DNA of 64,000 nucleotides from Squalus acanthias (taxonomy: Eukaryota): assembly GCA_030390025.1 (NCBI GenBank), contig CM059433.1, forward strand, positions 3,782,001 to 3,846,000, read 5' to 3'. Of this stretch, positions 38,480 through 50,574 are shown one piece after another (positions within the stretch are counted from its first letter, which is position 1; every line of letters begins with the position of its first letter). The notes under the pieces are model-generated. The model did no database searches and was not told the origin of the DNA. It was given only the letters and a program-made list of their open reading frames with translations. Made by a program: the position numbers and the translations under genes.

Positions 38480-39008
38480 ATGTTTAAGAAACTAAATGTC
38501 AGCTGTGGCCCAGTGGGTAGTACACTCGCCTCTTGAGTCAGAATAGTTGTGGGTTTAAGTTCCACTCCAGGGACTTGAGCACATAAAGCTAGGCTGACAC
38601 TCCAGTGCAGTGCTGAGGGAATGCTGCACTGTCGGAGGTGCTGTCTTTCAGATGAGATATTAATCAGATTTCCAGCATCTGCAGTATTTTCTTTTTGTAT
38701 TAAACCAAGGCCCCGTCTGCTCTCTCAGCTGGACGTAAAAATCCCCGTGGGCACTATTTTGAAGAAGAGCAGAGGAGTTATCCCCGGTGTCCTGGCCAAT
38801 ATTTATCTCTCAACCAACATAACAAAAACAGATTATCTGGTCATTATCACATTGCTGTTTGTGGGAGCTTGCTGTGCGCAAATTGGCTGCCGCGTTTCCC
38901 ACATTACGACAATGACGACACTCCAAAAGGTACTTCATTGGCTGTAAAGCGCTTTGAGACGTCCGGTGGTCATGAAAGGCACTACATAAATGCAAGTCTT
39001 TCTTTCTT
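38480..39008 (+). mobile_element. Deu-domain tRNA-derived SINE
   Basis: Head gtggcccagtgggtag..gtgggtttaagttccact; Deu core gctgtctttcagatgagat..ggcactattttgaagaagagcag..cctggccaatatt; L2-like tail. Carries a small Penelope-type piece at ~38665-38700. Confidence 0.82.
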
Positions 39009-39242
39009 TTAACTGCCCACCCAGCATCCTTTTCTAAAACCTAAATGCCTGTCTTCGCCCCTGTCTCTGTCTTATCTCTTTTGCTCTTCAAAGGCACAAA
39101 AAGGGATCAAAAACTATTTTTTTTTGATTGCTGAGATAGGCTAATGAATTGCTTACTTACAGTCTAGGAGGAAATGTCTTTAAAGCTGGCTCATTAGCAT
39201 TTTAACTATTGTTTCAGACCCCCTTCTTTTTAACTGGCGTGA

Positions 39243-39500
39243 ATAGAAGCATAGACGATAGGAGCAGGAGTCGGCCATTCGGCCCCTCGAGCCTGCTCCG
39301 CCATTCAATGCGATCATGGCTGATCATCCAAATTCAGTACCCTGTCCCTGCTTTCTCCCCATATCCCTTGATCCCTTTAGCCTTAAGAAATATATCTATC
39401 TCCTTCTTGAATATATTTAATGAATTGGCCTCAACTGTCTTCTGTGGTAGAGAATTCCACAGGTTCACCACTCTCTGGGCGAAGAAATTCCTCCTTGTCT
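39243..39500 (-). mobile_element. CR1 3' end (same subfamily as the 22 kb and 52 kb copies)
   Basis: Near-identical reverse complement of 22710-22960. Confidence 0.9.
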
Positions 39501-39785
39501 AAGCTTTAAAACACAGCATTTAAGTAACTCTCTTTCTAAATCCTTTCTGCGGGAAAATGGTCAAAGGATCGCAAAACACAACAGCAAGCATTTATTTACC
39601 ACGAGCATTTAGCTATATTGCATAAACTTCAGGTTCCTTTCTGCTGAGAAAGGATGGGGAATATCACATAAGCTGAGTATTTTCATGGTGTCCGGGTTCC
39701 AGCATCTTTACTGGCTTTCATTTATCAGGCCTGGGGATCCATAAATAGAGTAATGGCTACCCTTCAGCTTTCCGCGCAGACATTC

Positions 39786-40541
39786 GGGGGTAGAGTTTCT
39801 GCTTTGGCCGCAAACGGCGATCCGGGGCACAAATTGCACCCGTTTTGGGAAGTGTTTATTTTTGACTTTCTGCTCAAACTCATTCGCATACCGCCGAACG
39901 CAAACTCCGCCATGAGCCAGCACGAGTGGCAGCGTTTAAAAAAAATAATTACTTCAAAAGAAAAATTTGCTTTAAAAAATATCCCTTGATATATTTAAGC
40001 GTGGTAACTTGCTGCAGTTTGATGAATGCGGCTGAACATGGGTTTATCACAAAAAAATAAGCGTTTTAATCAGCGCGTCAAACCACCACCTGCGAGTAAT
40101 CCGATTTGAAGTTAGTGAAAATGACTTTTAAAAATTATACAGAACCATTTGCTGGTTACATTGGTGATCAGTAGTCAGTTTCTTAGTAAAGTAAAACAAA
40201 GCTTATATTCAAAAGCATTTAAAACGTGCCTAATGGTGTCCTTGCGCCCAAAAGTTCCAGCTTCGTTTTTGGAGCCTCCTCGAAGACCCACAAACGAGCG
40301 CCGTTAGCGGAGACTCCCAATGGTGATTAATGTACCCTGGGGGCGTGGCCAGTGTGGCGGGCGGAGCCAGGATTCGAGCGCCATGTTTTGTGAACTTGCG
40401 CAGAAGATCGCGGAAAACGGCAATGTGCGGCGAACGTATTTTGCACTGAAAATTCCACGATCTCTCGCGCAGAGTACGCTGATATCGAGGGAATCGCGCT
40501 GAAAAAAAAACCCGGCGCAATCAAGCGGAGATTCCTGCCCC
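39786..40541. mobile_element. MITE-like element with GC-rich arms and AT-rich core
   Basis: Inverted termini ggggtagagtttctgctt and aagcggagattcctgcccc. Confidence 0.55.
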
Positions 40542-41710
40542 AGCTCGTCTAGTCGTCACGTGCATGGGGGGCCTGGGGGGGCAGCCGATATCCAGGGGGC
40601 TGAAGTCATCCTATCATTCACCCTGGTATATGCCACCTAACTAACCCTCACTGCTTCTCCATCCCCCTGTGTATGCGTGAGTTTTCAGGCCTCTCTACCA
40701 CAGCTGAGTAAAGCAGGGACTGTGCTTAAAACTTTCCCGGCTGCTTCTCAGGGGCTGGAATGTCGACCACAGCTAAATGGTTCGGTTAATTACTCTGGGC
40801 TAGATTCAAAGGCACAGCACTGCGTGGATCAGAGGTAACACAGTGCACACCAGACTCAAGTTCAAATACTGCAGTTTCATGTCAAAACACACTATCCGAA
40901 GGGACAAAAATCTGACAATTGGTTATTGTGAAATAAACTGAACCGTATGCACCATTCAATAGTGAGAATCGGGTCATTTTCCTTGCCATTCAGGAGCTGT
41001 GTCTTCGATAGCCTGCTGGTTTGAAATAGTTTATTTTTTTGCGGGAGTTCAGGGGATTTGTTAATGACCTGAGGGAGGGAGGGGAAAGGCTCGATATTAC
41101 TCCTATTCACAAAAGAGAGAATTAAATTGGTGCTGATTATGATAGAAAATAGAGAGAAAGGAATATAGCCAGTTAATATTTTTAGGGGGAGGGATTGGCT
41201 CTGCAGTACCCTTTTCTGAGTGCTATGAGGCCCCTTAAGCGTCGAAAATGGCATCCGCGGCTGCACATGCAAACTTCCGACAGGAAGTGCGCCGGACGCC
41301 ATCTTGGCAAAGGTGTTTGCGCACGCGCACGCACCTAACGTCCGCCAGCAGCATGCAGAGTAGGCAGATCGTGACGTCAATCAGCGTGCAACGTGGATTT
41401 GACGCCAGCGCCGCCATTTTGGAGCCGCACGCTCCAGCCTATGTCCTCTCTTAGCCTCGCACAGCTGGACACATGTTAAACGGTGTGAGGGACCCCCCAC
41501 CAGTGCTATTTTAAAGGATCATCAACTTCTTACAGGTTAGTTGCTGGTTTATTTTTTCTGGCTGTTGCTGTAATTCTATTGCTGCATTTTGGGTGCTTTC
41601 TATAGTGGGTTGAAGTTTCAGTATTCGACAGGGTGTGGTGTGGTGCAGCAGGTGCTGAAGTATGTTTTTACTGACTTAAAGGCTTCTGCACAGACCAGCT
41701 GCTCACAGAC

Positions 41711-43640
41711 ATGGGTGGCCTGGTAGGGCTTTCTCTTGGCATTGAGCATGACTGGGAGAATGAGCAGAGGCCACGCAGAGAAGGACAAGCTGCTAGAAGA
41801 GGGAGGAGGAGGAGGAGGGGGAGAAGGGCTCTCAGCAGAAGGCCATATCCACAGAGGGTGTATAGGGAACAATTCTTGTACCTCAACTTCAGCGACGACC
41901 AACGCTAGAGATGTCTGTGCTTCACAAAACAGGTCATCACTGAAATCTACCACCTGTTGCAGCCACAATGCCAACCTCAAAGCAGGGCAAGGACCGCATT
42001 GCCTGTGGCTGTCAAAATGAGGATCTGAACTTTTGTGTGTCTGGCTCCTTCAAGGCTGCTGCTGGAGATATAAGCAACATCTCACAGTTTGCAGTGCACT
42101 GCTGCATAAGGGAGGTCATGGAGGCTCTCTGTACAAAGAGAGACAGCTTCATCTCATTCCCTCTTGCCAGCGAGAAGTAGGCAGAGCGAGCACAAGGGTT
42201 TGCAAGGATTGCAGGCTTCCCCATGGTGCAGGGTGTCAATGGCCCTGAAATTCGCCTCTCCGGCTTGCCGCGGGGGTAAGGATCGCGCGCGCTCTTACCT
42301 ACCGCGCCTGCCGTTGACCTCTGGGCCCACGGGAACTTCAGCTCCTGGGCCTGCTCCAAGTGCCGGCGTGCAGTGCTTGCGTGTCCCAGGGGCGCAGTTA
42401 GTGCGATGCGTCCCCTGGGATCACGTGGGCCATGGAGAGCCAATGGCAGCAGACCATCTTTCATTCATAGATTTGACAGGAGACCTGTCAAATCTATGAA
42501 TTGAAATCGGCCCCAAAAGAACAGCTAAACTTAAAATAAATTAAAAAAAAACATCACATTTATAAAATAACTATAAGTTGAATAAATTAACTACTTTAAA
42601 CAAAAATTTTAATTTTTGAAAAAATTAAAAAACTTTTTAACAGTGCTAAAAATAAGCTTACCTTTCTTTAAAGTATCTAAAAAAGATAAACTTGTTGAAA
42701 AAAATTTAAAATTATAATTAATTAACGACTTACCTTGTTGAAAACGGCTCCTGCGCCTCCTTTTTAAAAGCGCAGGTTCTTCAATACTTACCCTCTCGGA
42801 GAAACCTGAAAAAAACCTAAGTGTGCTGCGTGTGCGCAGCCTCTACCGCACATGGTTCACCTAGGAACCGCCCCCTTCACCAGACCGGAAGTTCCGGTTT
42901 CCCGCGCATGCGCAGTGCATGCAGGAAACTGGCACTTCAGGAGGCCTTACGGGTGAGTACACGCTGTGTACTCACCCGGGAAGGGCCGAATTTTTGGCCC
43001 ATTGACTGCACGCACATTGCTCTGCGTGCGCCTCATGCCAACTCTGCCATGTCCCTGAACAGACAGGGATTCCACTCCCTCAACGTGCAGCCGGTGTGCG
43101 ACCATAGGCTGCGCGTCTTGCAGGTCGAAAGCTCGGCATCCTGGCAGCGGTCACGATGCATTCATTCAGCAGCAGTCCTCTGTGCCAGCTGTACTTCAAC
43201 CACCAGGGCAGACCAAAGGCTGGCTACTGGTCGACAAGATTATCTGCTGACCACCTGGCTCATGACTCCGGTCAGCAACCCACGCACACATGCGCAGCAG
43301 GCGTACAACGAGAGCCATGCTGCCACAAGAAATGTGACAATTGGTGTGCTGAAGCAACGATTGCGCTGCCTGGACTGCTCGGAGGAGCCCTGCAGTACTC
43401 AGCCGAGCGGGTCTCAAGATTTGTGGTGGTATGCTGCGTGCTGCACAACCTTCCATCATGAGGGAACAGCCCTTGCCACCACCTATCAGACGAGAAGTTG
43501 AGGAGCAGGAGCACGAGGAGAAGGAGGCGGAAAAGGAAGAGGTGGAAGAGGATGAAGAGGAAGGGAGGCTGCAAACTAGACAGCCCTTTCTGCCCAGGCT
43601 GCATGTGAACAAATAGTTAATGAGCGATACCAGTAACCTC
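41711..43640 (+). pseudogene. Harbinger DDE transposase pseudogene (frameshifts, stops, MITE insertion)
   Basis: Motifs are spread over ORFs 41711, 41968, 42821, 43156 and 43431 in different frames. Confidence 0.85.
42241..43000. mobile_element. 760-bp Harbinger-type MITE inserted in the transposase
   Basis: Termini GGCCCTGAAATTCGCC and GGCCGAATTTTTGGCCC; flanks aat/att. Removing it restores GTC ATT GAC (V-I-D). Confidence 0.88.
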
Positions 43641-43829
43641 AATCCCAATTCCCTATTCACCAACAGTCCCACAGTCATTACCTTGCCTCTGTCACTGACC
43701 TCACATTGTCCTCGTTCCCACAATGCAGAAGTAAAAGCCAACACAAAATACAAATTCAATCCTGATTTATAAATTAAATCATGCGATAGTGTATACGAAA
43801 ATAAACCTTTGTGCATTCCCTTAGTGCCT

Positions 43830-45140
43830 CTTCAGTGTGCTTTGCCTGTCCTAGTGCTCCTATGACGTCCTTCCCCAGTGGCTACAGCATGGCTGGTGGA
43901 AGGCTGCTGACTTTCAGTGGGGGAGACTTGCAGATGGCCTTTGAGGGTGACCTAGAGCAGCTCTGGGCCTAGAAGGACTGGCTTCAGACTGCACCATTTC
44001 GGCCTGAGCTGCAGCAGCCTGGGTTGGGTGGCTGACAGGCAACAGCAAGGGCACTGACAGAGTGGCAGGGGTGGGAGCACGAAAGCTGTCATCCTGAGAG
44101 AGGACAACAGGTTCATACTCCACGGAGCCACTGCCAGTCCCCCGGGGCGGTGCCTCAGCAATCCTAGTACTCTTTTGGAGAACAGATTGGTGGAGCGCTG
44201 TGATACCCTAGAAACCCCTTTGCATACTGGTATTCAGAGCCATGATGACAGCAGTCTGAGCTTCCATGCCAGCATGCTGAGATTGCATGACAACAGTCTG
44301 AGCTTGCTTGGCAGCAAGCTGAGATTGCATAACGCTAAGCTGAGCTTCCACTGCAGCACTCAGACGTTGGGTAGATGCAGCTTCTGCTGCAATGGAAGCT
44401 GAGACATCGGCCATCAGACGCTGCCTCAAGGTTGGTTCCACAGGTGGCCACCAGTTCCATGCTGGAAAGGATGGGCTCCAAGCTCTGGGCAAAGCCCTGT
44501 GCCAAGTTGGTGCCGGATTCCTCCATGCTCCTTGACATTGAAAGTAGGCTTACTGGCAGGCTTTTCAGTGCACCAAGCATTTGGGTGTGTACACCCATCA
44601 GCCTTCTTCAGTAGCCTTCCCCATCGAAGTCATCATCTGAGTCCTCTGCAGCCGAACTCGTCTGTGACCTTGCCCTCTGGTGAGCTGGCACCTGCGCTAT
44701 CCTTTCCCCCCCCCCCACCCTGGCTGCACCGCACTTGTGCCCGGTGTCTCACCATGCGCAGATCCCGCCTCTATGCTATCCTCTAACTTACGCGCAGTTT
44801 CAGTGCCTGAGCTGGTGGCTGCGAGTGTGAAATCAAGTGACGGTTTGTCTTCATCTTCACTATCTTTTGGTCTTCCTCCGCTGCCTGGGCAGGCTGCAGT
44901 TCTTGGGTATCTGAAAGGAAAAATGGACAAAGGGACGGTCGTAGGGAGGGGAGAGGAGAAAATAAGAAGTGCACGCTTACACCGTCAGCAGATTCTCAGT
45001 CAGAAGAGATTGTGGGATGAGGGAGAAGTGGGATGTGAGAAGGAGGATTAGGTATGCGGATACCCTCACCGTCAATGGCTTCAACCCCACCGGTGGCCAC
45101 GGCCTCAGCAATGGTTAGCACCGTCTCCTCCATGGGTGGG
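43830..45140 (-). pseudogene. C-terminal part of the Harbinger Myb/SANT-partner gene, with an apparent intron at 44911-45063
   Basis: PPMEETVLTIAEAVATGGVEAIDGE, then G|gtatcc donor (45063) and ctttcag|ATA acceptor (44911), then DTQELQPAQAAEED..PSLDFTLAATSS and a coiled-coil-like QRLSAAVEAQ segment. Confidence 0.6.
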
Positions 45141-45432
45141 GGTTCTCCAGTCTTTCTAGGAAACACATTTTGCATCATCAGAACTCATTTTCCCCTTCAA
45201 AAATTGCCACAGCAAATGCTGCATTTTAGATTTCTTTCCCCTCCTATGTATAACTGATAGAATTTTTGAATATAGTGGCAGCTTAAGTTATGACAAGCTC
45301 ATGCTGTGTTTCCACTGTGACGATTTTCATATACATTTGTGAGACTGTTGGGTTTCAGTTTTCACAGAAAACCAACTGAAGTGCAGATTTTAATTCCAAA
45401 ATACTAACAGAAATCCTGAAATCCAATGTAAT

Positions 45433-45668
45433 TTTTTTTTTATTCGTTCATGGGATGTGTGCGTCGCTGGCAAAGCCAGCATTTATTGCCTATCCCTAGT
45501 TGCCCCTTGAGAAGGTGGTGGTGAGCCGCCTTCTTGAACCGCTGCAGTCCGTGTGGTGAAGGTGCTCCCACAGTGCTGTTAGGGAGGGAGTTCCAGGATT
45601 TTGACTCAGCGACAATGAAGGATCGGCGATATACTTCCAAGTTAGGATGGTGTGTGACTTGGAGGGGA
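45433..45668 (-). mobile_element. 3' fragment of the 12-15 kb LINE family
   Basis: Poly-T, then attcgttcatgggatgtg..gccagcatttattgcc..ttgagaaggtggtggtgagccgcc. Confidence 0.88.
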
Positions 45669-46484
45669 AGTAAAGAGGAAATTAACTTATTCAATCACCT
45701 TGAGGCAGTAGCCTAGGTCATAGGCCTTTATTCAAAACTGCTTTTCAGTTGTTGATTGTTTAATAAGTTGTCAGCTTTGTTGAAGGTGTTCATCAGCTCT
45801 TCCGAGTTTTATAGGTTGGTATATATGAACAGCAGGTACTAACCTCCTCCTCCCTGTTGGACATGCAGCTAATATTCCAGCTGCTGCATTTGACTGGCAC
45901 CCACCCAGAAGGTGAAAATGATCTGAACGGGTTCGGGTCCATTGGACTCAGGCACGTTTGGCCAGCTCAGGCACAGGGAAGGGAGCAAAATCAACACAAA
46001 CAGCAAATTAACCATAAATCAAAACATTTTTATATTGGTGCTCTGAGTCACATAACTTTACATTGAAAGTGTCTTTGCTCAACTTCTACCTACTCACTAA
46101 AACAGTGGTTTTCTGCATGGGGAATCCATGCAAATATTGACACACTCCCAGGGAACCTCCCTGTCTCAACTCCCAGAACCTGTTGAATCTGAAGACCACC
46201 GTTTGAAAGCCTATCCACTAAAACATTTGCATTAAAACCTTGTAGTTCTAGCAAAGTCTTGTGAAAATACTCGCAGCGTGGAGGCAAGTGCCTCCGAGTC
46301 TCATTATAAAGCGATAACTCTTTCATAAAGGAAGTCCTGAGCTGACGCTGTCCTGACTCCCTGGAACCTTGGTGTTGTGACAGAGTTTAGTACTGCTGCC
46401 TTGTATCAAATAAGCTTAGCTATTAGGGTTCAAACAAGTGAAGGGAATTTAGAAAGTTCTTTTGATTTCTCAAAATTTCAAAAT

Positions 46485-46883
46485 ACTCATCCTTGTTTTC
46501 AAATCCCTCCATGGCCTCGCCCCTTCCTATCTCTGTAATCTCCCCCAGCCCCACAACCCCCGAGATATCTGCGCTCCTCTAATTCTGCCCTCTTGAGCAT
46601 CCCTGATTAAAATCGCTCAACCATTGGTGGCCGTGCCTTCTGCTGCCTGGGCCCTAAGCTCTGGAATCCCCTGCCTAAACCTCTCCGCCTCGCTACCTCT
46701 CTTTCCTCCTTTAAGACGCTCCTTAAAACCTACCTCTTTGACCAAGCTTTTGGTCACCTGCCCTAATTTATCCTTATGTGGATCAGTGTCAAATTTTTTT
46801 TGTCTTAAAATACTCCTGTGAAACGCCTTGGGACGTTTTACTACATTAAAGGCCCTATATAAATACAAGTTGTTGTTGTTGTT
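46485..46883 (+). mobile_element. L2 3' fragment
   Basis: Reverse complement of the 21.2 kb copy; ends aaatacaagttgttgttgttgttg. Confidence 0.9.
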
Positions 46884-47457
46884 GATTAGCTTTTTAAAAA
46901 CCATTCTGGTTTTTTTTTAAAAAGCAAGATGTTCACTTTAACAGAGACTGGCTCTAAGAACGTTTTTTCAAGAGGCACACATGTTCGAGTAGCTTGTTCA
47001 AGGAGTGGAACATTCTGCATTCCGGGACAGTGCTTATCACTACATTTATTTTTTGAGAGGAAAGAAATGTGCATCAGTGCCGGAAATTACATATGAGGTA
47101 GTGATTTAGTTATTCACCCATTTATTTATCTGCGAGCGCGGGACTGCTGCTATATATCTTCGTTACAGCTGCTACGGCAACAAGAGCACACATGTGTGCA
47201 CAGCCTGTGGCCCGCATTCTGACACAATAACCACAAAGCTTATGATGTAGTGTCACTGCTCGAGTTAGTCGCCAGTCAAGACCTATTTTCAGTTTTTCTT
47301 GCCAACAGAATGGAACTTGCAGCTGAGTTCTAATTATATATTTTGGAATTCTTTATAGTCCCATTTTTCTGTTTTGCAAATGTCTTTTTCCTCCCCTCTT
47401 TCTCTCCCATCCTCCTCCAAAATATATTTCACGGAAAGCTGCTATTTTATGTTATTA

Positions 47458-49400
47458 GGGTAGAAATTCAGGTGAGTCCATTTTTGGGCACATGGGAGGG
47501 TGGGGGCAGGGTAAATTCCCTGCGCCTGAATGGTGAGGCCCAAGACACCCTCACTATTGGGTCTCGGCCTCATTGCAATGGAGCAGGTGTGGAGCGAACT
47601 AAGGTCGGGCCGCTGTCAGAGTCACAACGACCCTTGGGTGAGTGAAGCCAGAGGTCAGACGAAAGGAGGCCGGGTGAGGGGGGTGGCAGGATCAGAGGCT
47701 GAGTGTCTGGAGAAAGGAGGCCGGAGGGGGAGGATCAGAGGCTGAGTGTCTGGAGAAAGGAGGCCGGAGGGGGAGGATCAGAGGCTGAGTGTCTGGAGAA
47801 AGGAGGCCGGAGGGGGAGGATCAGAGGCTGAGTGTCTGGAGAAAGGAGGCCGGAGGGGGAGGATCAGAGGCTGAGTGTCTGGAGAAAGGAGGCCGGAGGG
47901 GGAGGATCAGAGGCTGGGGCTCAGAAAATAGCAGGCTGGAAGATCAGAGGCTGAGGGTGAGGAGATAGCAGGCCAGGGGTCACGATATAGGAGGCCGGGG
48001 GTCAGGAGATAGGAGGCCGGGGGTCACGATATAGGAGGCCGGGGGTCAGGAGATAGGAGGCCGGGGGTCACGATATAGGAGGCCGGGGGTCAGAGATAGG
48101 AGGCCGGGGGTCACGATATAGGAGGCCGGGGGTCAGGAGATAGGAGGCAGGGGGTCACGATATAGGAGGCCAGGGGTCACGATATAGGAGCCCGGGGGTC
48201 AGGAGATAGGAGGCCGGGGGTCACAATATAGGAGGCCGGGGGTCACAATATAGGAGGCCGGGGGTCAGGAGATAGGAGGCCGGGGGTCAGGAGATAGGAG
48301 GCCGGGGGTCAGGTGATAGGAGGCCGGGGGTCATGAGATACGAGGCCGGGGGTCAGGTGATAGGAGGCCGGGGGTCAGGAGATAGGAGGCCGGGGGTCAG
48401 GAGATAGGAGGCCGGGGGTCAGGAGATAGGAGGCCGGGGGTCAGGAGATAGGAGGCCGGGGGTTAGGAGATAGGAGGCCAGGGGTCAGGAGATAGGAGGC
48501 CGGGGTTGGGGGTGGGGGGGATAGGAGACCGGGGTTGGAGGTGGGGGGGGGGGATAGGAGACTGGGGTTGGGGTGGGGGTGGGATAGGAGACTGGGGTTG
48601 GGGGTGGGGGGGATAGGAGACCGGGGTTGGGGGTGGTGGGGGGGATAGGAGACTGGGGTTGGGGTGGGGGTGGGATAGGAGACTGGGGTTGGGGGTGGGG
48701 GGGATAGGAGACCGGGGTTGGGGGTGGTGGGGGGGATAGGAGACTGGGGTTGGGGGTGGGGGGTGGGATAGGAGACTGGGGTCGGGGGTGGGGGGGTGAT
48801 AGGAGGCCGGGGTCGGGGGTTGGGTGACAGGAGGCCGGGGTTGGGGGTGGCGGGGGGATAGGAGACCGGGGTTGGGTGATACGAGGCCAGGGGTCAGGTG
48901 ATAGGAGACCGGGGGTCAGGTGATAGGAGGCCGGGGGTCAGGTGATAGGAGGCCAGGGGTCGTGTGATAGGAGGCCGGGGGTCAGGTGATAGGAGGCCGG
49001 GGGTCGGGTGATAGGAGGCCGGGTCAGGGGGGAGCGGCAGTGGTCGAGGAGAGGGTGAGGGACATCCCATGTTCTTTAAATGTGGGGTGGGGACGATGAC
49101 TCCTCCTCCTCCAAGCTCCACATTCAGGAAAGTAAATTTCAAAAACCGACCGTTTTGGTCGCAGGCGGCCCCAAGGTCTGGTTTTATTGAGTCAGCCAGC
49201 ACTGACATGGCTACCATAGGCCAAGCCAATCTTATAGTGGGAGCCTCAAACAGGCATTAGAATCCTTATTTGCAAATGCAAAGGGCCTAACACCTGCTTC
49301 AGGTCTGGGCCCTGAAAGCCTAATTTCTTTCCTTCACCATTATTGCGGACGCGCACTTCCTGACGGACTTCCTGCCCACCATATTAGGGACTTATAAGCA
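47458..49400. mobile_element. Harbinger-type MITE with a large internal compound minisatellite
   Basis: Left terminus gggtagaaattcagg. The right part (ttatttgcaaatgcaaagggcctaacacctgcttcag) resembles the reverse complement of 1120-1160; the right terminus is unclear. Confidence 0.5.
47689..49020. repeat. Compound G-rich minisatellite: 43-bp x5, then a 22-bp array, a ~30-bp G-run variant, and the 22-bp unit again
   Basis: gagtgtctggagaaaggaggccggagggggaggatcagaggct; gataggaggccgggggtca(gga/c); gataggagactggggttgggggtggggg. Confidence 0.93.
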
Positions 49401-49431
49401 AGTTAGCTGCGAGGTCAAATTAAAAGCCTTT

Positions 49432-50323
49432 GGGGGAAAAATTCAGTTGGTTGCGCCTCCCGTTAGCGCCTTAAGAGGGCACTAATGGGGCGCAAATCAT
49501 CTAGCGCCCGGGCGCGGCGATGTTTGCACCGCTCGCGAAATTAACGAGACATTTTGCGGCGGCGCTAAACACTACCGCCACGATCTCCTGCGCCGGCAGA
49601 TCGTGACGTCAGTCGAGTGCGCAACGCCCCGGTATCGCCCCGGTGCGGATATTGAGTGGCGCACCCTGCCTTACCGCCTGACGCTAGCAACGACAGGTTG
49701 AGGGGAGCGTTTTGCAGTCATGAAGGGACTGGTTGAGCACTATTTAAAAGTGACCGCTTCCTGCCTTTTATTGTTGGTGCCATTTTTGAACCACGCATTC
49801 TGAGAGAGAGGGAGAGAGACTTCTGGAGAGATTCAACGCTGTGTGAAGGAGTTTTGGGTACTGAGCAGCACTTTGCAGCTTCATTTTGATTTGCCATTCC
49901 TTGTATCGATTTAGAAGAGACTGTGGGGGCTGCACTCTGAGCTCTTTGCCTGGTACTCTCCATTGTTCTTTCCAGCAGATTTGATGTGCAGGTCTCTCCA
50001 GGCGAGATTCAAGGCTGCAATGAGCAGGATGTGGATGGAAAGCAAGATCAACCATCCCCTTTAATAACTGGCCCGTGCCATTGTGTGTGTGCCCCATTGC
50101 TGACTGACATTACATGAGCTTCGCCAGCACTCTGAGGTAGCACCTCGCTCCTCGGCCTTTGCGCCTTAAGACAGGTGTGAAGCGCCTGATTTAGCGCTCC
50201 AATCACCTCCAGGGGCGATAAAAGTCAAGTTTGCAGTCGGTGGCGATAATTAGCGCCAGGCGCTAATCTTTGTGCCCGGCCGATAATTGCGCCCCAAATG
50301 GGGCGATACTGAATTTCTCCACC
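49432..50323. mobile_element. Harbinger-type MITE
   Basis: TIRs GGGGGAAAATTCAGT and ACTGAATTTCTCCACC; perfect 3-bp flank duplication ttt/ttt. Confidence 0.8.
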
Positions 50324-50574
50324 TTTATGTTCTATAACACACTAAGTTAGAGATTGGCTTGTAACCCATTCAAAAATTTAATATGACTACATTTTGTGAA
50401 TATCAACATTTTTCAAAAAACAGTTACAAATCACTTGGTTTTGTGCCACGTTAATTGAATGTTTAATTAATCAACAGGCAGAATAGCTGTCTTCAGTGAA
50501 TGAATTTTTGACCATGTAACTGGCCGGAGAATTGCGAAGTGAGAACTATAGCAATGACATAAATTTTAGAGTGT

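Larger units (their letters stand above)
41228..45145. mobile_element. Decayed autonomous-type PIF/Harbinger transposon (convergent transposase and Myb/SANT genes); termini not found
   Basis: Plus-strand HARBI1-like motifs LSRRPYPQRVYRE, SGSFKAAAGDISNISQFAVHCCIREV, AGFPMVQGV|IDCTHIALRAP, NRQGFHSLNVQ..CD, AYNESHAATRNV, CCVLHN, then an acidic tail. Minus-strand second-gene remnants at 43800-45140. Confidence 0.85.

Noticed and set aside
41711..43640. Host HARBI1 gene
   Set aside because: Multiple frameshifts, a MITE insertion, an adjacent convergent partner gene and several related copies in the window.
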